Positions 8,199 through 19,366 of a stretch of 64,000 nt of DNA are shown here, piece after piece. Origin of the DNA: Eubacteriales bacterium (GTDB lineage: Bacteria > Bacillota > Clostridia > Lachnospirales > JAITVM01); assembly GCA_031551135.1 (NCBI GenBank), contig JAVBOA010000008.1, positions 10,563 through 74,562 of the forward strand, read 5' to 3'. A program made the translations under genes and the position numbers. The notes below the pieces were generated by a model. It saw only the letters and a program-made list of their open reading frames with translations. It did no database searches and was not told the DNA's origin. Within the stretch, counting starts at the first letter, position 1. Each line of letters starts with the position of its first letter.

Positions 8199-10176
8199 AA
8201 TGAGTAAATTCACACTCTTTACCTTTCAATCAAAAAAAGATGAATTACTTAAAAAGCTCCAAATTTATAAAAATATTCACTTTAAAAATTTAGCAAATGA
8301 CGAATTATACGCACTTGACTTTTTGAAAAAAGATTATTCAAATGAGCAATATAATTTTTATACAGAAGAACTTGGAAAGCTCAAGTTTATTACCGAAAAG
8401 TTGAAGCCGCTGAAACCTAAAGAAAAAGGTCTCGCCTCTTTGACAAAAGAAAATGTTTCGTTATCTTATGATGAATTCGAAAAATTTTCGATGAATTATG
8501 ATTATGAGTCAATTTTTCAAAAAATCAAAGCTATTGATGAAAACGTCAAAAATTTAAAACAAAAATGCTCCAAACTCGAAACAGACAATTTTTCTTATCA
8601 GCAATGGATTAGATTGGATGTTTCAACAAAACAGCTTTCGGATTTAAAATTTTCAACATTTGTATTGGGCAATGTAAATAAAGCGAATTATAATACTTTC
8701 AGCGAGAATTTCAGAAATACATTCAAAAATTTTTATTTTGAAAATCTCGGCGACAGTAAAGACGATTCACATGTACTTATAATTTATGAAAAATCCGATT
8801 CCGAAAATGTTATGAGTTTTTTGCGAGATAACGGTTTTTCTAAAATGCCGATAGAATTGTCTGATATTCCGGAAGAGCTGATTAAAACCAACACAAGCGA
8901 AATAAATAAGCTGAAATCAGAAATTGCTGCTCTGGAAGAAGGAAACAAGCAGTTCCTGAAAGAATATGATAATATTCTGATTTTAACCGATTATTATGAA
9001 TCTATGCTGGAGCGCACGAAAATTTCCGAACGTTTTGTAAAAACAAATGATGTTCTGGTTTTGGAAGGCTGGGTGCCGGAAGGCGATATGGGCGAATTCG
9101 GTAATATTTTAAACAAAGTCTGCGGCAACGAATATTTTATTGAGTTTGAAAAAGTAGATTTCGATTCTACCGAAGTTCCAATTAAACTCAAAAACAATAA
9201 ACTTGTATCAGCGTTTGAAAATGTTACGGCTATGTTTAATATGCCTAAATACAACGAAATTGACCCAACACCGCTTTTAACTCCATTCTATATTTTGTTT
9301 TTCGGAATAATGGTCGGAGACCTCGGTTACGGTCTTGTTCTTTTCATTGCTACTTTCGCCGCATTGAAATTCTTTACATTGGGCGAAGGCACCAGAAATT
9401 TTATGAAGTTTTTATGCTATTGCTCTTTGGGCGTAATAGCAGCAGGAATTGTTTTCGGCGGTGCTTTTGGTATAAAAGTATTTGCTCCAATAACTTATGT
9501 TGACCCGGCAACCGGTCAAACTGTGAAAAAAGCAATTATTGACAGTGATTACCAAATAGTTCTGATGATGATTATTTCCGTTGCTTTGGGATTTTTCCAA
9601 ATAATATTCGGATTGCTTGTAAAAGGCTATATGAATATTAGAGACGGAAAATTTATTGACGCTGTTTTCGATTCATTCTTCTACATCACTACATTGTTTT
9701 CAGCGGTTTTACTGTTATTGGGTGCTACAGGAGTTGTTCCCGCATCCGTGGCCGGAATCTCTAAATGGGTTCTGATTATATCCATATTCGGCTTGTTATT
9801 TACTCAAGGTCGCATGAACAAAACAATGGTAGGAAAAGTTGCCGGCGGCGCATACGCCGTTTATGGATTATCTTCATATGTCGGCGATTTCGTTTCCTAT
9901 ACAAGACTCGTGGCTCTGAGCTTGTCAGGCGCATATGTTGCTCTTTCATTCAATAAAATGATCGAACTTTTGCCGGCCGGAATTGTCAGAATAATTTTCG
10001 GCGTGTTAATTTTTTTGGCCAGCCAAACTTTGAATATCGGACTTTCTGTACTTGGAGCTTATGTTCATAGCTGCAGACTTCAATATGTAGAATATTTCGG
10101 TAAATTCTACGAGGGCGGCGGCGTACCTTTTAGACCTTTTGGATTAAAAAATAAATTTATTACTTTAAAAGAATAG
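8185..10176 (+). CDS. ntpI: V-type ATPase subunit I (membrane a-subunit homologue)
   Basis: 663 aa. The conserved N-terminus MAIVKMSKFTLF is followed by a cytoplasmic coiled region and a C-terminal multi-TM domain. Operon position matches. Confidence 0.9.
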   Translation: MAIVKMSKFTLFTFQSKKDELLKKLQIYKNIHFKNLANDELYALDFLKKDYSNEQYNFYTEELGKLKFITEKLKPLKPKEKGLASLTKENVSLSYDEFEKFSMNYDYESIFQKIKAIDENVKNLKQKCSKLETDNFSYQQWIRLDVSTKQLSDLKFSTFVLGNVNKANYNTFSENFRNTFKNFYFENLGDSKDDSHVLIIYEKSDSENVMSFLRDNGFSKMPIELSDIPEELIKTNTSEINKLKSEIAALEEGNKQFLKEYDNILILTDYYESMLERTKISERFVKTNDVLVLEGWVPEGDMGEFGNILNKVCGNEYFIEFEKVDFDSTEVPIKLKNNKLVSAFENVTAMFNMPKYNEIDPTPLLTPFYILFFGIMVGDLGYGLVLFIATFAALKFFTLGEGTRNFMKFLCYCSLGVIAAGIVFGGAFGIKVFAPITYVDPATGQTVKKAIIDSDYQIVLMMIISVALGFFQIIFGLLVKGYMNIRDGKFIDAVFDSFFYITTLFSAVLLLLGATGVVPASVAGISKWVLIISIFGLLFTQGRMNKTMVGKVAGGAYAVYGLSSYVGDFVSYTRLVALSLSGAYVALSFNKMIELLPAGIVRIIFGVLIFLASQTLNIGLSVLGAYVHSCRLQYVEYFGKFYEGGGVPFRPFGLKNKFITLKE

Positions 10177-10188
10177 GAGTGTTTTTCT

Positions 10189-10680
10189 ATGCTAGAGTTT
10201 TTTCTAAAATACGGCGGTTTCTTAATTGGCGGTTTCGGTGCTGCTTTTGCGGTGTTTTTACCGGGTATCGGTTCTTCAAAAGGATGCGGACTTGTTGGTA
10301 AAACAGCTACCGGTCTTTTGACAGAAGAACCTGAAAAATTTGGTCAGGCTCTTATTTTACAGCTTTTGCCGGGTACTCAGGGACTTTATGGATTTTTGAT
10401 TGCTTTCCTTATAATCAATAATCTTAATCCAAATGTAAACCTTGCTCAAGGATTTTTCCTTTTCTTTGCTTCGCTTCCTGTTGCTTTTGCAGGATACCGT
10501 TCCGCTATTTATCAAGGTGAAGTTGCTGCCGCCGGTTTGCAAATTTTGGCTAAAAAACCGGAGGAAAATACAAAAGGTATCATCCTTTCCGCTATCGTTG
10601 AAACATACGCGATTCTTGGTTTGGTTGGCTCTCTGATTCTCCTTGTTGTTGCATATCCTAACCTCGGATTAATTAAATAG
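10189..10680 (+). CDS. ntpK: V-type ATPase proteolipid subunit K (double-hairpin, 4 TM)
   Basis: PEKFGQALILQLLPGTQGLYGFLIAFLI, AIYQGEVAAAGLQILAKKPE and KGIILSAIVETYAILG are nearly identical to the E. hirae NtpK motifs as I recall them. Confidence 0.92.
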   Translation: MLEFFLKYGGFLIGGFGAAFAVFLPGIGSSKGCGLVGKTATGLLTEEPEKFGQALILQLLPGTQGLYGFLIAFLIINNLNPNVNLAQGFFLFFASLPVAFAGYRSAIYQGEVAAAGLQILAKKPEENTKGIILSAIVETYAILGLVGSLILLVVAYPNLGLIK

Positions 10681-10696
10681 CAAAATATATACAGAA

Positions 10697-10726
10697 CGGT
10701 TTGATTTTTAATCAGAAATCAGACCG
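10697..10726 (+). other. Intercistronic stem-loop between ntpK and ntpE, with no T-run
   Basis: CGGTTTGATTT - TTAATCAG - AAATCAGACCG forms an 11-bp stem with one G.T pair. It is followed by CTAAAAG, so it is not a classical terminator. Confidence 0.5.
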
Positions 10727-10748
10727 CTAAAAGATTGGATGTGATTAT

Positions 10749-11333
10749 TTGTCAAACCTCGAAAATCTAATCAATAAAATAATATCCGATGGAAATATAA
10801 AAGCTACGGCAATTTTAAGCGAAGCGAACTCAAAACGTGATGAAATTATAAATAGCGCCCAATCAAAAGCCGGCGAAATTTTGCAAAACGGCAGAAAATC
10901 AGCCGATATTGAGGCAAAAAATAAAAAGAATCAATTTTTGCTGGAGCAGGATATTAATTTACGTGATAGATTATTATCTAAGAAACAAGATATTATTGAT
11001 AAAATATTTGCAAAAGCCGTTGAGAAGCTTTCTAATTTACCGCAAAACGAATATGAGAGCTTTTTAAAAAAATATTTATTGGCACTGGATTTAAACGGCG
11101 GCGAAGAAATTCTTATCCCAACAAAATACGAATCAATCGATAAAAAAGCGATAAACGATTATTTGACAGCTAACGGAAAAAAAGGAAATCTCACATTTTC
11201 CGGCAGCAAAAGAAATATCGAAAATGGTTTTATTGCGGTTCGTGAGGGAATAGAAAACGATAATAGATTTGAGGCTTTAATTAATTTTTATAAAGATGAT
11301 TTAGAAAAAGATATTATAAAATTTTTCGAATAG
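10749..11333 (+). CDS. ntpE: V-type ATPase subunit E
   Basis: 194 aa from a TTG start. N-terminal charged coiled coil. Size and operon position match subunit E. Confidence 0.85.
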   Translation: MSNLENLINKIISDGNIKATAILSEANSKRDEIINSAQSKAGEILQNGRKSADIEAKNKKNQFLLEQDINLRDRLLSKKQDIIDKIFAKAVEKLSNLPQNEYESFLKKYLLALDLNGGEEILIPTKYESIDKKAINDYLTANGKKGNLTFSGSKRNIENGFIAVREGIENDNRFEALINFYKDDLEKDIIKFFE

Positions 11334-11342
11334 GAGGTTATT

Positions 11343-12341
11343 ATGAAAGAAACAGATTATGCCGATCACGCCGGTTATATCAGAGTTTTGGAAAAGAAAC
11401 TTTTGTCCGGCGATGCGATATATAAATTGACTGATACCTCCTCTTTACAAGAAGCGACGAGAGCTGCGTCGCAGAATTCCGATTACGATTTTTCGGCTTT
11501 AAAATATCCCGAAGATTTCGAAAATATTTTAATCGATGAATTAAAACGGGTTTACAAAACAGCTTTTGATATTTGCCAAAATACGGATATTACTAAAATA
11601 TTATCCGTAAAATATGATTTTAATAATCTTAAAATATCAATAAAATCACATTTGCTGGGACTAAAGAATTCTGAATATTCTTATGTTACAGATGTGAATC
11701 CCGACGATTTTAATAAGCTTTTTGCGGATAAAGAAGATATTTCGATGATTCCGGATTATATTAAAGATGCCTGTAAAAAAGCATTGGCGGAATACGGAAA
11801 TTCGGCTGACCCGCAAACAATCTCTGTCGTTCTGGACAAAGAAATGTTTTCGTATATGCTTTCGTTGGCCGAAAATCTTAAATCAGATTTGATTTTGGAC
11901 TATGTTAAAACTTCTGTTGATATCTATAATTTAAAATCTTTGATTAGATGCATGTCTTTAAAAAAAGATTTCTCTTTTCTCAATACCGTAATAATCGACG
12001 GCGGAAAAATTGAGAAAAAAGAGATATCGGAATATTTTAATAAAACAAATGACTTTATTGCAAACAAATTGTTTTATAAATATATGGGTGTGTCTCTAAA
12101 ATCGGGCATTGATAATTATGAGTCCACAAAGAGTTTATCATTGTTTGAGAAGTTATTGGACGACTATTTAATTACACTTTTGAAAAAGGCCAAATTCATA
12201 CCGTTTGGTCCGGAGCTTGTTTTTGCGTATATCGCAAATAAAGAAAATGAAATCCGACAGCTTAGAATCGTTTTTACCGGAAAACGAAGCGAAATTCCGC
12301 CGGAAAGACTTAGAGAAAGGCTGCGTGATAACTATGCATAA
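11343..12341 (+). CDS. ntpC: V-type ATPase subunit C (d-subunit homologue)
   Basis: 332 aa with the C-terminal LRIVFTGK-type motif. Operon position matches, and GGAGG RBS is present. Confidence 0.85.
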   Translation: MKETDYADHAGYIRVLEKKLLSGDAIYKLTDTSSLQEATRAASQNSDYDFSALKYPEDFENILIDELKRVYKTAFDICQNTDITKILSVKYDFNNLKISIKSHLLGLKNSEYSYVTDVNPDDFNKLFADKEDISMIPDYIKDACKKALAEYGNSADPQTISVVLDKEMFSYMLSLAENLKSDLILDYVKTSVDIYNLKSLIRCMSLKKDFSFLNTVIIDGGKIEKKEISEYFNKTNDFIANKLFYKYMGVSLKSGIDNYESTKSLSLFEKLLDDYLITLLKKAKFIPFGPELVFAYIANKENEIRQLRIVFTGKRSEIPPERLRERLRDNYA

Positions 12342-12660
12342 AGTTGCGGTTATGGGCGATAAATCGTCCGTATTATGTTTCAAAGCCTTTGGTATCGATG
12401 TTTTTGACTGTATCGAATCCCATGCCGACGATAATCGCAAATTGCTGGACAAATTGGCGCGGGACGGCTACGGAATGATTTTTCTTACAGAACAAGTTGC
12501 TCTTAATATAAAAGAAACGATTGATAGATATAACCGTGAGCTTACTCCGATTGTTGTTTTAATTCCAAGCAATAAAGGCAGCTTGGGAATCGGTCTGCAG
12601 CGGATAAGCGATAATGTGGAAAAAGCTGTTGGAATCAATATTTTAGACGAAGGTAGGTAA
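12334..12660 (+). CDS. ntpG: V-type ATPase subunit F (E. hirae NtpG)
   Basis: [24 protein letters not shown] is the typical subunit F N-terminus. The ATG at 12334 overlaps the ntpC stop (ATGCATAA). Confidence 0.85.
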   Translation: MHKVAVMGDKSSVLCFKAFGIDVFDCIESHADDNRKLLDKLARDGYGMIFLTEQVALNIKETIDRYNRELTPIVVLIPSNKGSLGIGLQRISDNVEKAVGINILDEGR

Positions 12661-12665
12661 AGTTA

Positions 12666-14438
12666 TTGGACGTTGGAAGAATTGTAAAAGTTTCCGGTCC
12701 TTTGGTTATTGCCGAAGGAATGAATAATGCCAAACTCTACGACGTTGTTAGGGTTTCTGATAAAAAACTTATCGGTGAAATAATAGAAATGCGCGGTGAC
12801 AAAGCCTCTATCCAAGTTTATGAAGAAACTTCCATGCTTGGACCCGGCGAAAATGTTTATTCTACAGACATGCCTCTTAGTGTTGAACTCGGACCGGGTC
12901 TTTTGGAATCGATGTTCGACGGAATCCAGAGGCCGCTGAATAAAATCCGCGAAATGGTCGGCGACTTTATCGAAAAAGGCGTAGAAACAGTATCTTTGGA
13001 TCGCGATAAAAAATGGGAATTCGTTCCGGCAAAAAAAGTCGGCGACAACGTAGTTCCCGGCGATATTATTGGAACTGTGCAGGAAAATATTATTATTGAA
13101 CATAGAATCATGGTACCGCCTAATGTTCAGGGTAAAATAAAAGAAATATACAAGGGTCAATTTACTGTAGTTGACACAGTTTGTATAATCGAAACCCCGA
13201 ATGGTTTCGAAAAGCTCATGATGATGCAAAAATGGCCTGTTCGTAAAACCAGACCAAATAAAGCAAAACTTTTGCCGGAAGAGCCTATGATTACCGGTCA
13301 GCGTGTAATCGATACACTTTTTCCTGTTGCAAAAGGCGGTACAGCATGCGTTCCGGGACCGTTCGGAAGCGGCAAAACCGTTGTTCAGCACCAAATGGCA
13401 AAATGGTCGAACGTTGAGATAGTTGTTTATGTTGGCTGCGGCGAGCGCGGCAACGAAATGACCGACGTTCTTAACGAGTTCCCTGAGCTTATTGACCCGA
13501 ATACCGGCGAGCCTTTGATGAAGCGTACGGTTTTGATCGCGAATACTTCAAATATGCCCGTTGCCGCTCGTGAAGCAAGTATTTATACCGGCGTTACGAT
13601 AGCCGAATATTTTAGAGATATGGGTTATAACGTGGCAATGATGGCGGACTCGACTTCTCGTTGGGCAGAGGCGCTTAGAGAAATGTCCGGACGTTTGGAA
13701 GAGATGCCTGGTGAGGAAGGTTATCCCGCTTATCTTTCTTCAAGACTTTCGGAATACTACGAGCGTGCCGGAAAAGTTGTATGTCTCGGTTCTGATGAAC
13801 GTACGGGATCTTTGACGGTAATCGGTGCAGTATCCCCTCCGGGCGGTGACCTTTCGGAACCGGTTACACAAGGAACTCTGCGTATTGTTAAAGTTTTCTG
13901 GGGACTCGATGCTCAGCTTGCTTATAGGCGGCATTTCCCTGCAATCAACTGGTTGAATTCTTATTCGCTTTATAATGAGCGTATAAATAATTGGATGAAT
14001 GAAAACGTAAACTCTGATTGGAAAGACATGGTTGTAAAAACCATGACGCTTTTGCAGGAAGAATCCGAATTGCAAGAAATCGTACGTCTCGTTGGTTACG
14101 ACGCACTTTCCGAATCGGATCAGCTCAAGCTGGAAGTTTCTAAATCCATTCGTGAGGACTATTTGCAGCAAAACGCTTTCCATGAAATTGACTCGTATTC
14201 TTCGCTTAACAAGCAATGCAAAATGCTGGATTTGATTTTATTCTTCGGCGAAGAAGCCAGAAAAGCATTGGATAAAGGCGTTTATTTAAAAAACATTCTT
14301 GCCCTCGAAGTTCGTGACAAAATAGCAAGATCAAAATATTTATCTGAAGAAACCATTAATTCCGTATCCGAAATTAAAGCTCAAATTAAAAAAGATATGG
14401 AAAATCTAATTTCGGAAGGGGTGAAATCAGATGCTTAA
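12666..14438 (+). CDS. ntpA: V-type ATPase catalytic subunit A
   Basis: 590 aa. Walker [10 protein letters not shown], and strong family-wide collinearity (e.g. [14 protein letters not shown]). Confidence 0.97.
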   Translation: MDVGRIVKVSGPLVIAEGMNNAKLYDVVRVSDKKLIGEIIEMRGDKASIQVYEETSMLGPGENVYSTDMPLSVELGPGLLESMFDGIQRPLNKIREMVGDFIEKGVETVSLDRDKKWEFVPAKKVGDNVVPGDIIGTVQENIIIEHRIMVPPNVQGKIKEIYKGQFTVVDTVCIIETPNGFEKLMMMQKWPVRKTRPNKAKLLPEEPMITGQRVIDTLFPVAKGGTACVPGPFGSGKTVVQHQMAKWSNVEIVVYVGCGERGNEMTDVLNEFPELIDPNTGEPLMKRTVLIANTSNMPVAAREASIYTGVTIAEYFRDMGYNVAMMADSTSRWAEALREMSGRLEEMPGEEGYPAYLSSRLSEYYERAGKVVCLGSDERTGSLTVIGAVSPPGGDLSEPVTQGTLRIVKVFWGLDAQLAYRRHFPAINWLNSYSLYNERINNWMNENVNSDWKDMVVKTMTLLQEESELQEIVRLVGYDALSESDQLKLEVSKSIREDYLQQNAFHEIDSYSSLNKQCKMLDLILFFGEEARKALDKGVYLKNILALEVRDKIARSKYLSEETINSVSEIKAQIKKDMENLISEGVKSDA

Positions 14439-15801
14439 GGATTATAAAACAATAAGAGAAGTCGTTGGACCTTTGATGGTTGTAGAAAACGTTGAAGGTG
14501 TAAAATTTGACGAACTCGTGGAAATAGAAACTCAAACCGGAGAAATAAGAAAAGGAAAAGTTCTCGAGATAAACCGTGACAAGGCTGTTGTTCAGCTTTT
14601 TGAAAGCCCGCAAGGAATTAATCTCGAAAATTCAAAAGCTAAATTTTTGGCTAAGCCTTTGGAGCTTGGTGTATCTACAGATATGCTCGGACGTATTTTT
14701 GACGGTATGGGCAGGGTTAAGGACGGCGGTCCGAAAATCATACCCGAATATAAACGTGATATTAACGGTGTTCCGATTAACCCCGTTTCACGTGACTATC
14801 CCGAAGAATTTATCCAAACAGGTATTTCCGCTATCGACGGCTTAAATACTCTTGTTCGCGGTCAAAAACTTCCGGTTTTCTCGGCTTCGGGATTACCGCA
14901 TGCCGAACTTGCAAGCCAGATTGCACGTCAAGCTCAAGTTTTGGGTACAGACAGCAATTTCGCGGTTGTTTTCGCCGCCCTCGGTACTACTTTTGAAGAG
15001 GCGCAGTTTTTCATTGATGATTTCACAAAAACAGGCGCGATTCACCGTGCTGTTCTATTTGTAAATCTTGCGAACGAACCGGCGATCGAGCGTATTTCAA
15101 CACCGCGTATGGCACTTACTATGGCGGAATATCTTGCATACGAAAAAGACATGCACGTTTTGGTTATTATAACCGACATCACAAATTATTGTGAGGCTCT
15201 GCGTGAAGTTTCGGCCGCAAGAAAAGAAATTCCGGGCCGCCGCGGATATCCGGGTTATTTGTATACTGACCTTGCCGGGTTATATGAACGTGCCGGAAAA
15301 ATTAAAGGACGTAAAGGTTCGATTACTCAAATTCCGATTCTTTCTATGCCTGAAGATGATAAAACTCACCCTATTCCCGACCTTACGGGATATATAACAG
15401 AGGGTCAGATTATCCTTAGCCGTGAATTGTACCGTAAAGGCATAATGCCTCCAATCGACGTTTTACCGTCGCTTTCAAGGCTTAAGGATAAAGGTATCGG
15501 AAAAGGAAAAACCCGTGAGGATCACGCTGATACAATGAACCAGCTTTTCTCGGCTTATGCGCAAGGAAAGCAAGCAAAAGAATTGGCTGTAATTCTCGGT
15601 GAATCCGCGCTTTCTGATGTTGACAAACAGTACGCAAAATTCGCGGATGCTTTTGAAAAAAGCTATGTTTCGCAGGGTTTTGAAACAGACCGCGGAATTG
15701 AAGAAACCCTTACAATCGGTTGGGATTTATTGAAAATCCTTCCTAAAACCGAATTGAAGAGAATCAGAGACGAGTATTTGCAAAAATATATGAAAGAATA
15801 G
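14431..15801 (+). CDS. ntpB: V-type ATPase subunit B
   Basis: 456 aa. [22 protein letters not shown] and the degenerate P-loop region are typical of subunit B. It overlaps the ntpA stop. Confidence 0.97.
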   Translation: MLKDYKTIREVVGPLMVVENVEGVKFDELVEIETQTGEIRKGKVLEINRDKAVVQLFESPQGINLENSKAKFLAKPLELGVSTDMLGRIFDGMGRVKDGGPKIIPEYKRDINGVPINPVSRDYPEEFIQTGISAIDGLNTLVRGQKLPVFSASGLPHAELASQIARQAQVLGTDSNFAVVFAALGTTFEEAQFFIDDFTKTGAIHRAVLFVNLANEPAIERISTPRMALTMAEYLAYEKDMHVLVIITDITNYCEALREVSAARKEIPGRRGYPGYLYTDLAGLYERAGKIKGRKGSITQIPILSMPEDDKTHPIPDLTGYITEGQIILSRELYRKGIMPPIDVLPSLSRLKDKGIGKGKTREDHADTMNQLFSAYAQGKQAKELAVILGESALSDVDKQYAKFADAFEKSYVSQGFETDRGIEETLTIGWDLLKILPKTELKRIRDEYLQKYMKE

Positions 15802-15816
15802 CAAGTGGGTGAATGA

Positions 15817-16449
15817 ATGAGATTAAACGTAAATCCAAACAGGATGGAGCTATCCAAGCTAAAAAAAAGACTCGTGACCTCTAAACGCGGTCATAAGCTT
15901 TTGAAAGATAAGCAAGATGAGCTGATGCGTCGTTTTATTCTGCTTGTTAAGAGAAATAACACTCTGCGAAAAGAAATAGAAGCTGAGCTTCAAAACGCCT
16001 ATAACGATTTCGTTTTGACAGGCGCAATTATATCTCCGGATTTTTTGGAAGAAGCTCTTATATTCCCAAAACGCTCCTTGACTTTGGATATTTCTTCGGT
16101 AAATATCATGAGTGTTAATGTCCCGAAACTCGATGTAAAAATCGAATCAAAATTTGATGAGAATGATATTTATTCCTATGGATTTTATAATACATCGGAT
16201 GAGCTGGACGCCTCTTTAAACAAACTCTCAGCGATTTTGCCGAAACTTTTAGAGCTTGCTGAAATAGAAAAAACCTGTAATTTAATGACTTTTGAAATAG
16301 AAAAAACAAGGCGGCGTGTAAACGCTCTTGAATACATGACGATTCCACAATTGGAAGAAACAATTAAATATATTACAATGAAATTGGACGAAAACGAGCG
16401 TTCGGCTCTGACCCGCCTAATGAAAGTTAAAACAATGATTGCGAATTAA
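15817..16449 (+). CDS. ntpD: V-type ATPase central-stalk subunit D
   Basis: [36 protein letters not shown] is the canonical subunit D N-terminus. Confidence 0.93.
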   Translation: MRLNVNPNRMELSKLKKRLVTSKRGHKLLKDKQDELMRRFILLVKRNNTLRKEIEAELQNAYNDFVLTGAIISPDFLEEALIFPKRSLTLDISSVNIMSVNVPKLDVKIESKFDENDIYSYGFYNTSDELDASLNKLSAILPKLLELAEIEKTCNLMTFEIEKTRRRVNALEYMTIPQLEETIKYITMKLDENERSALTRLMKVKTMIAN

Positions 16450-16463
16450 TATTGCTTTCAAAA

Positions 16464-16505
16464 AAATCCCCTATATTTGTTTAGAATATAAGGGATTTTT
16501 GTTTT
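16464..16505 (+). terminator. Intrinsic terminator of the ntp operon
   Basis: AAATCCCCTATAT ... ATATAAGGGATTT forms a 13-bp stem with one mismatch, followed by a T-rich tract, 15 nt after the ntpD stop. Confidence 0.75.
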
Positions 16506-16620
16506 ATACTATTTTCATTATAAAGGATAGAAAAAAATATTTCATTTCGCGCTAGAAGCCTGCGCGAAACGCTCCGCTGTGAAAAATTTTTTTCTACTTA
16601 TCAAAATGAAAATAGTATTA
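16505..16620 (+). repeat. Palindromic intergenic repeat, full-length copy 3 (forward)
   Basis: 116 nt. It carries the CGCGC/GCGCG inner-stem variant (TTTCGCGCTAGAAGCCTGCGCGAAA). It lies between the convergent ntpD and SLH-protein genes. Confidence 0.95.
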
Positions 16621-16655
16621 ATTTAAAAAATCAGTAAAAAATGAAACTGCTATAA

Positions 16656-19016
16656 TTATTCAAAATAATTGTATCCATTAGCAGCATTCATCATCTGCTT
16701 ATATGCGTAAAAAGATTCTACCAAATCAGGGAAAATCTTATATTTGTCGAAGTTATTTGTTCTGTTCAATAGTTTATTAATAATAACACAAGCCTCTGCT
16801 CTTGTTATACTCTGGTCTGGCTTTATGCTCCCATCTTCATAGCCTGTCAAAGCTCCGACTGCTTTTAAAGAAAGAATATACATTTTTGCCCAGTGTTTTT
16901 CGATTTCAGCTGTTGCTTCAGTATTTGAAGGTATTTCCAATTCCAAAACCAGAGAAAATACTTTTGCGAATTCTGCTCTTGTAATGTATTTATTTGGTTC
17001 AAATTTTCCGTTTGGATAACCAATCATATAATCGTTATTTCCTGCAAAACAGATTGCTTTATAGTACCATGCGGTATTTATCACATCCGGATATAAAACT
17101 TTAGTAAGCTCTGATTCTCCATCGTAAAATAAATTATAGATTAATTGTGCAAGCTCAGCTCTGGTTAAATTCCCTTGAGGTCTGATTAAACCGTCAGGAT
17201 AACCGTAAATATAAGGTTCTTCGATTATTTCCGGCGTTACTGTAGGAGTTGGAGTGCTAGTCGGGATAGTGCTCGGTGTTGGTGTGACGCTCGGAGACGG
17301 CGTAGTGCTTGGCGTTGGTGAACTCGTTGGTGTTGGCGATGTATCCGGAGAAGTTGTTGGAGTTGGGGTGACATAAGTTGATTTTGGACTAAGGTTTATT
17401 TTACCCGATATTGAATCTTTATTATTGTCAATTCCGCTGCCCGAGTAATATTGATTCGTCTCTGGTATTGATAGTTTGTAATCACCGGGTAGATTTGTAA
17501 GAATATTCTGGGTTGTTAATTCATTTGCCGTAAATGTAATCTTTCCATTTGCATCCGTGGTTTTACTTCCGTTAAAAACTACTCTTCCGTTTGGGTCAGT
17601 CAATGTTAAATTATTTAAAGTTTTATTTTTATATGGAACGTTGTCTACAGTTATATCGAATTCCAGTTTTGTTTTCGGCAAAACTTTCAAGTCGATTTCA
17701 TATTCTTTTGTTATTACTTTTGTTTTTACTGTGTCAAATGGTGCAGGATTATTTACGTCTGTATAGCTATATGAAAGATCGACTTCTTTTATATAAATCT
17801 TTGCCGCTATTTTTGCTGTACCTTCCGTTTTCCCTGTTATTTCTCCTGTTTTTTCATCTATCGATGCCACAGCGCTGTTGCTTATTGACCATACGATTGT
17901 TGGCTGACCGCTTCCTGTGGCCGAAACAAATGGTGTTGCCGGCGTAATCTTTTGCCCGGGCTCTACAACCAAAGCTCCGCTAGCCGGTGTGATATCTTTA
18001 TTCGTCGGCAGATTATCCTCCTTTGTTAAAATAACCAGTTCCGGTGTTGATGCAGAATTTTCATATTTAGCTTTGGCCAGACTTTTTATATCGAACGAGT
18101 TATACTCGCCCTTTCCGCCTACAATATAGTCAGCGAGTTTTTCTGTAGAAATATCCCAAAAATTTTCTGATACATCAATTTTGCCGCCGGTAGCAAGCGG
18201 AAATCTTATAATGTATTCATCGAAATTCACAAAATTATTATGCTTTATGTTAATTCCGCTTAAATTAGTATTTCCTCCGCCGATTGCATAAAATTTTCTT
18301 TCACCCGAGTAATAGATGTCGTTTTTCTCATACATCGGAGAATCAAATGTATTTCCGGTAATATCAACGCCGAATGAAGCCGGATCGTAAAAGCTTACTA
18401 GCGAATGTTTAAAATAACAATCCTTAACCGCAGATCCTGTAGAATTGTTATCAAAAAATACTGACAACCCGTATCTTTCATCTTGCCCTCTTTCCGAGCC
18501 GATTTGCGGTTTCAATAAATCATATGCTTCAGAAGGTGCTGTAGAATAAGTTTCATCAGACATTGGCAATAATCTGCAATTTTCTAATACAAAATTGTCT
18601 GCGCCTTTTTTAACGTAAATACCCCAATTCAAATAACGTTTTCCGTAAATATTCAAACCTTCGATCTTTACGTTGTCTGCATCAATCGAAATAAAACTGT
18701 AGTTTGGAGAATTGTCAAATACCGAACTATAGATATTTGGAAATCCCTCTCCTTTGATTGTCATAGGTGCTGTAATTTTAATATAACCGTCAGGATACGC
18801 TGTACACATCGGATTTATATCATAATCACCGGCCTTCACTATAACCGTAGAACCCGGATCATTATTCGCAGCCGATATTGCATCTTCCAGCTTGGTATAT
18901 TGCTCACCCGGACCAACTGTGTAACTCGAACCCGCTAACACGCTATTTATGCTAAAAAATAAAGTACCAAATAAAGCTAAAACAATAAATAAAATTAATA
19001 ATTTTACTTCCTTCAT
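16656..19016 (-). CDS. Cell-surface protein: signal peptide, right-handed beta-helix region, Big_2-like domain, Pro/Thr linker, three C-terminal SLH domains
   Basis: 786 aa. TIVWSISNSAVASIDEKTGEITGKTEGTAKIAA is Big_2-like. The linker is TPTPTTSPDTSPTPTSSPTPSTTPSPSVTPTPS. SLH motifs are GYPDGLIRPQGNLTRAELAQLI, GYPNGKFEPNKYITRAEFAKVF and GYEDGSIKPDQSITRAEACVII. Confidence 0.88.
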   Translation of the reverse strand: MKEVKLLILFIVLALFGTLFFSINSVLAGSSYTVGPGEQYTKLEDAISAANNDPGSTVIVKAGDYDINPMCTAYPDGYIKITAPMTIKGEGFPNIYSSVFDNSPNYSFISIDADNVKIEGLNIYGKRYLNWGIYVKKGADNFVLENCRLLPMSDETYSTAPSEAYDLLKPQIGSERGQDERYGLSVFFDNNSTGSAVKDCYFKHSLVSFYDPASFGVDITGNTFDSPMYEKNDIYYSGERKFYAIGGGNTNLSGINIKHNNFVNFDEYIIRFPLATGGKIDVSENFWDISTEKLADYIVGGKGEYNSFDIKSLAKAKYENSASTPELVILTKEDNLPTNKDITPASGALVVEPGQKITPATPFVSATGSGQPTIVWSISNSAVASIDEKTGEITGKTEGTAKIAAKIYIKEVDLSYSYTDVNNPAPFDTVKTKVITKEYEIDLKVLPKTKLEFDITVDNVPYKNKTLNNLTLTDPNGRVVFNGSKTTDANGKITFTANELTTQNILTNLPGDYKLSIPETNQYYSGSGIDNNKDSISGKINLSPKSTYVTPTPTTSPDTSPTPTSSPTPSTTPSPSVTPTPSTIPTSTPTPTVTPEIIEEPYIYGYPDGLIRPQGNLTRAELAQLIYNLFYDGESELTKVLYPDVINTAWYYKAICFAGNNDYMIGYPNGKFEPNKYITRAEFAKVFSLVLELEIPSNTEATAEIEKHWAKMYILSLKAVGALTGYEDGSIKPDQSITRAEACVIINKLLNRTNNFDKYKIFPDLVESFYAYKQMMNAANGYNYFE

Positions 19017-19366
19017 ATTTCTTTCCCTCCATATAACGGCAATTTATAAAACTGCGAGCCTTTCATATGAAGATACCTATTTTCGAGTAAATACTCATTT
19101 CTAATTTCTATAAATTGCACTGAAACTTATACCGCTATTTCTGAAATAATTAATCTCCCTCCTTTAAAAATAAAAAAACATAACAAACGAATATAATTCA
19201 TGATTTTTAAAAATACTTTTTAGACAGGTTTACAAAAATTATATAAGCGTAGTTTATAGCTTACATGAAAATTTTTGTGATTCCATTAAAATTTACTCGA
19301 GTTGCGATATATAATATTATTATATTTAGTACAACTATTGATAATAAAAGTAAAATTTAATTGTCT

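Noticed and set aside
12663-13394. 243-aa ORF on the minus strand inside ntpA. Similar antisense ORFs occur at 13740-14216, 12168-12452 and 14386-14613.
   Set aside because: It is entirely antisense to a V-ATPase A subunit gene that is itself unambiguous. The composition is Phe/Asn/Cys-rich and low-complexity, there is no RBS, and it has the look of a typical shadow ORF.
17220-17360. Low-complexity repetitive DNA (ACNCCN-type periodicity) inside the SLH protein gene.
   Set aside because: It is the coding sequence of a Pro/Thr/Ser interdomain linker (TPTPTTSPDTSPTPTSS...), not an independent repeat element.
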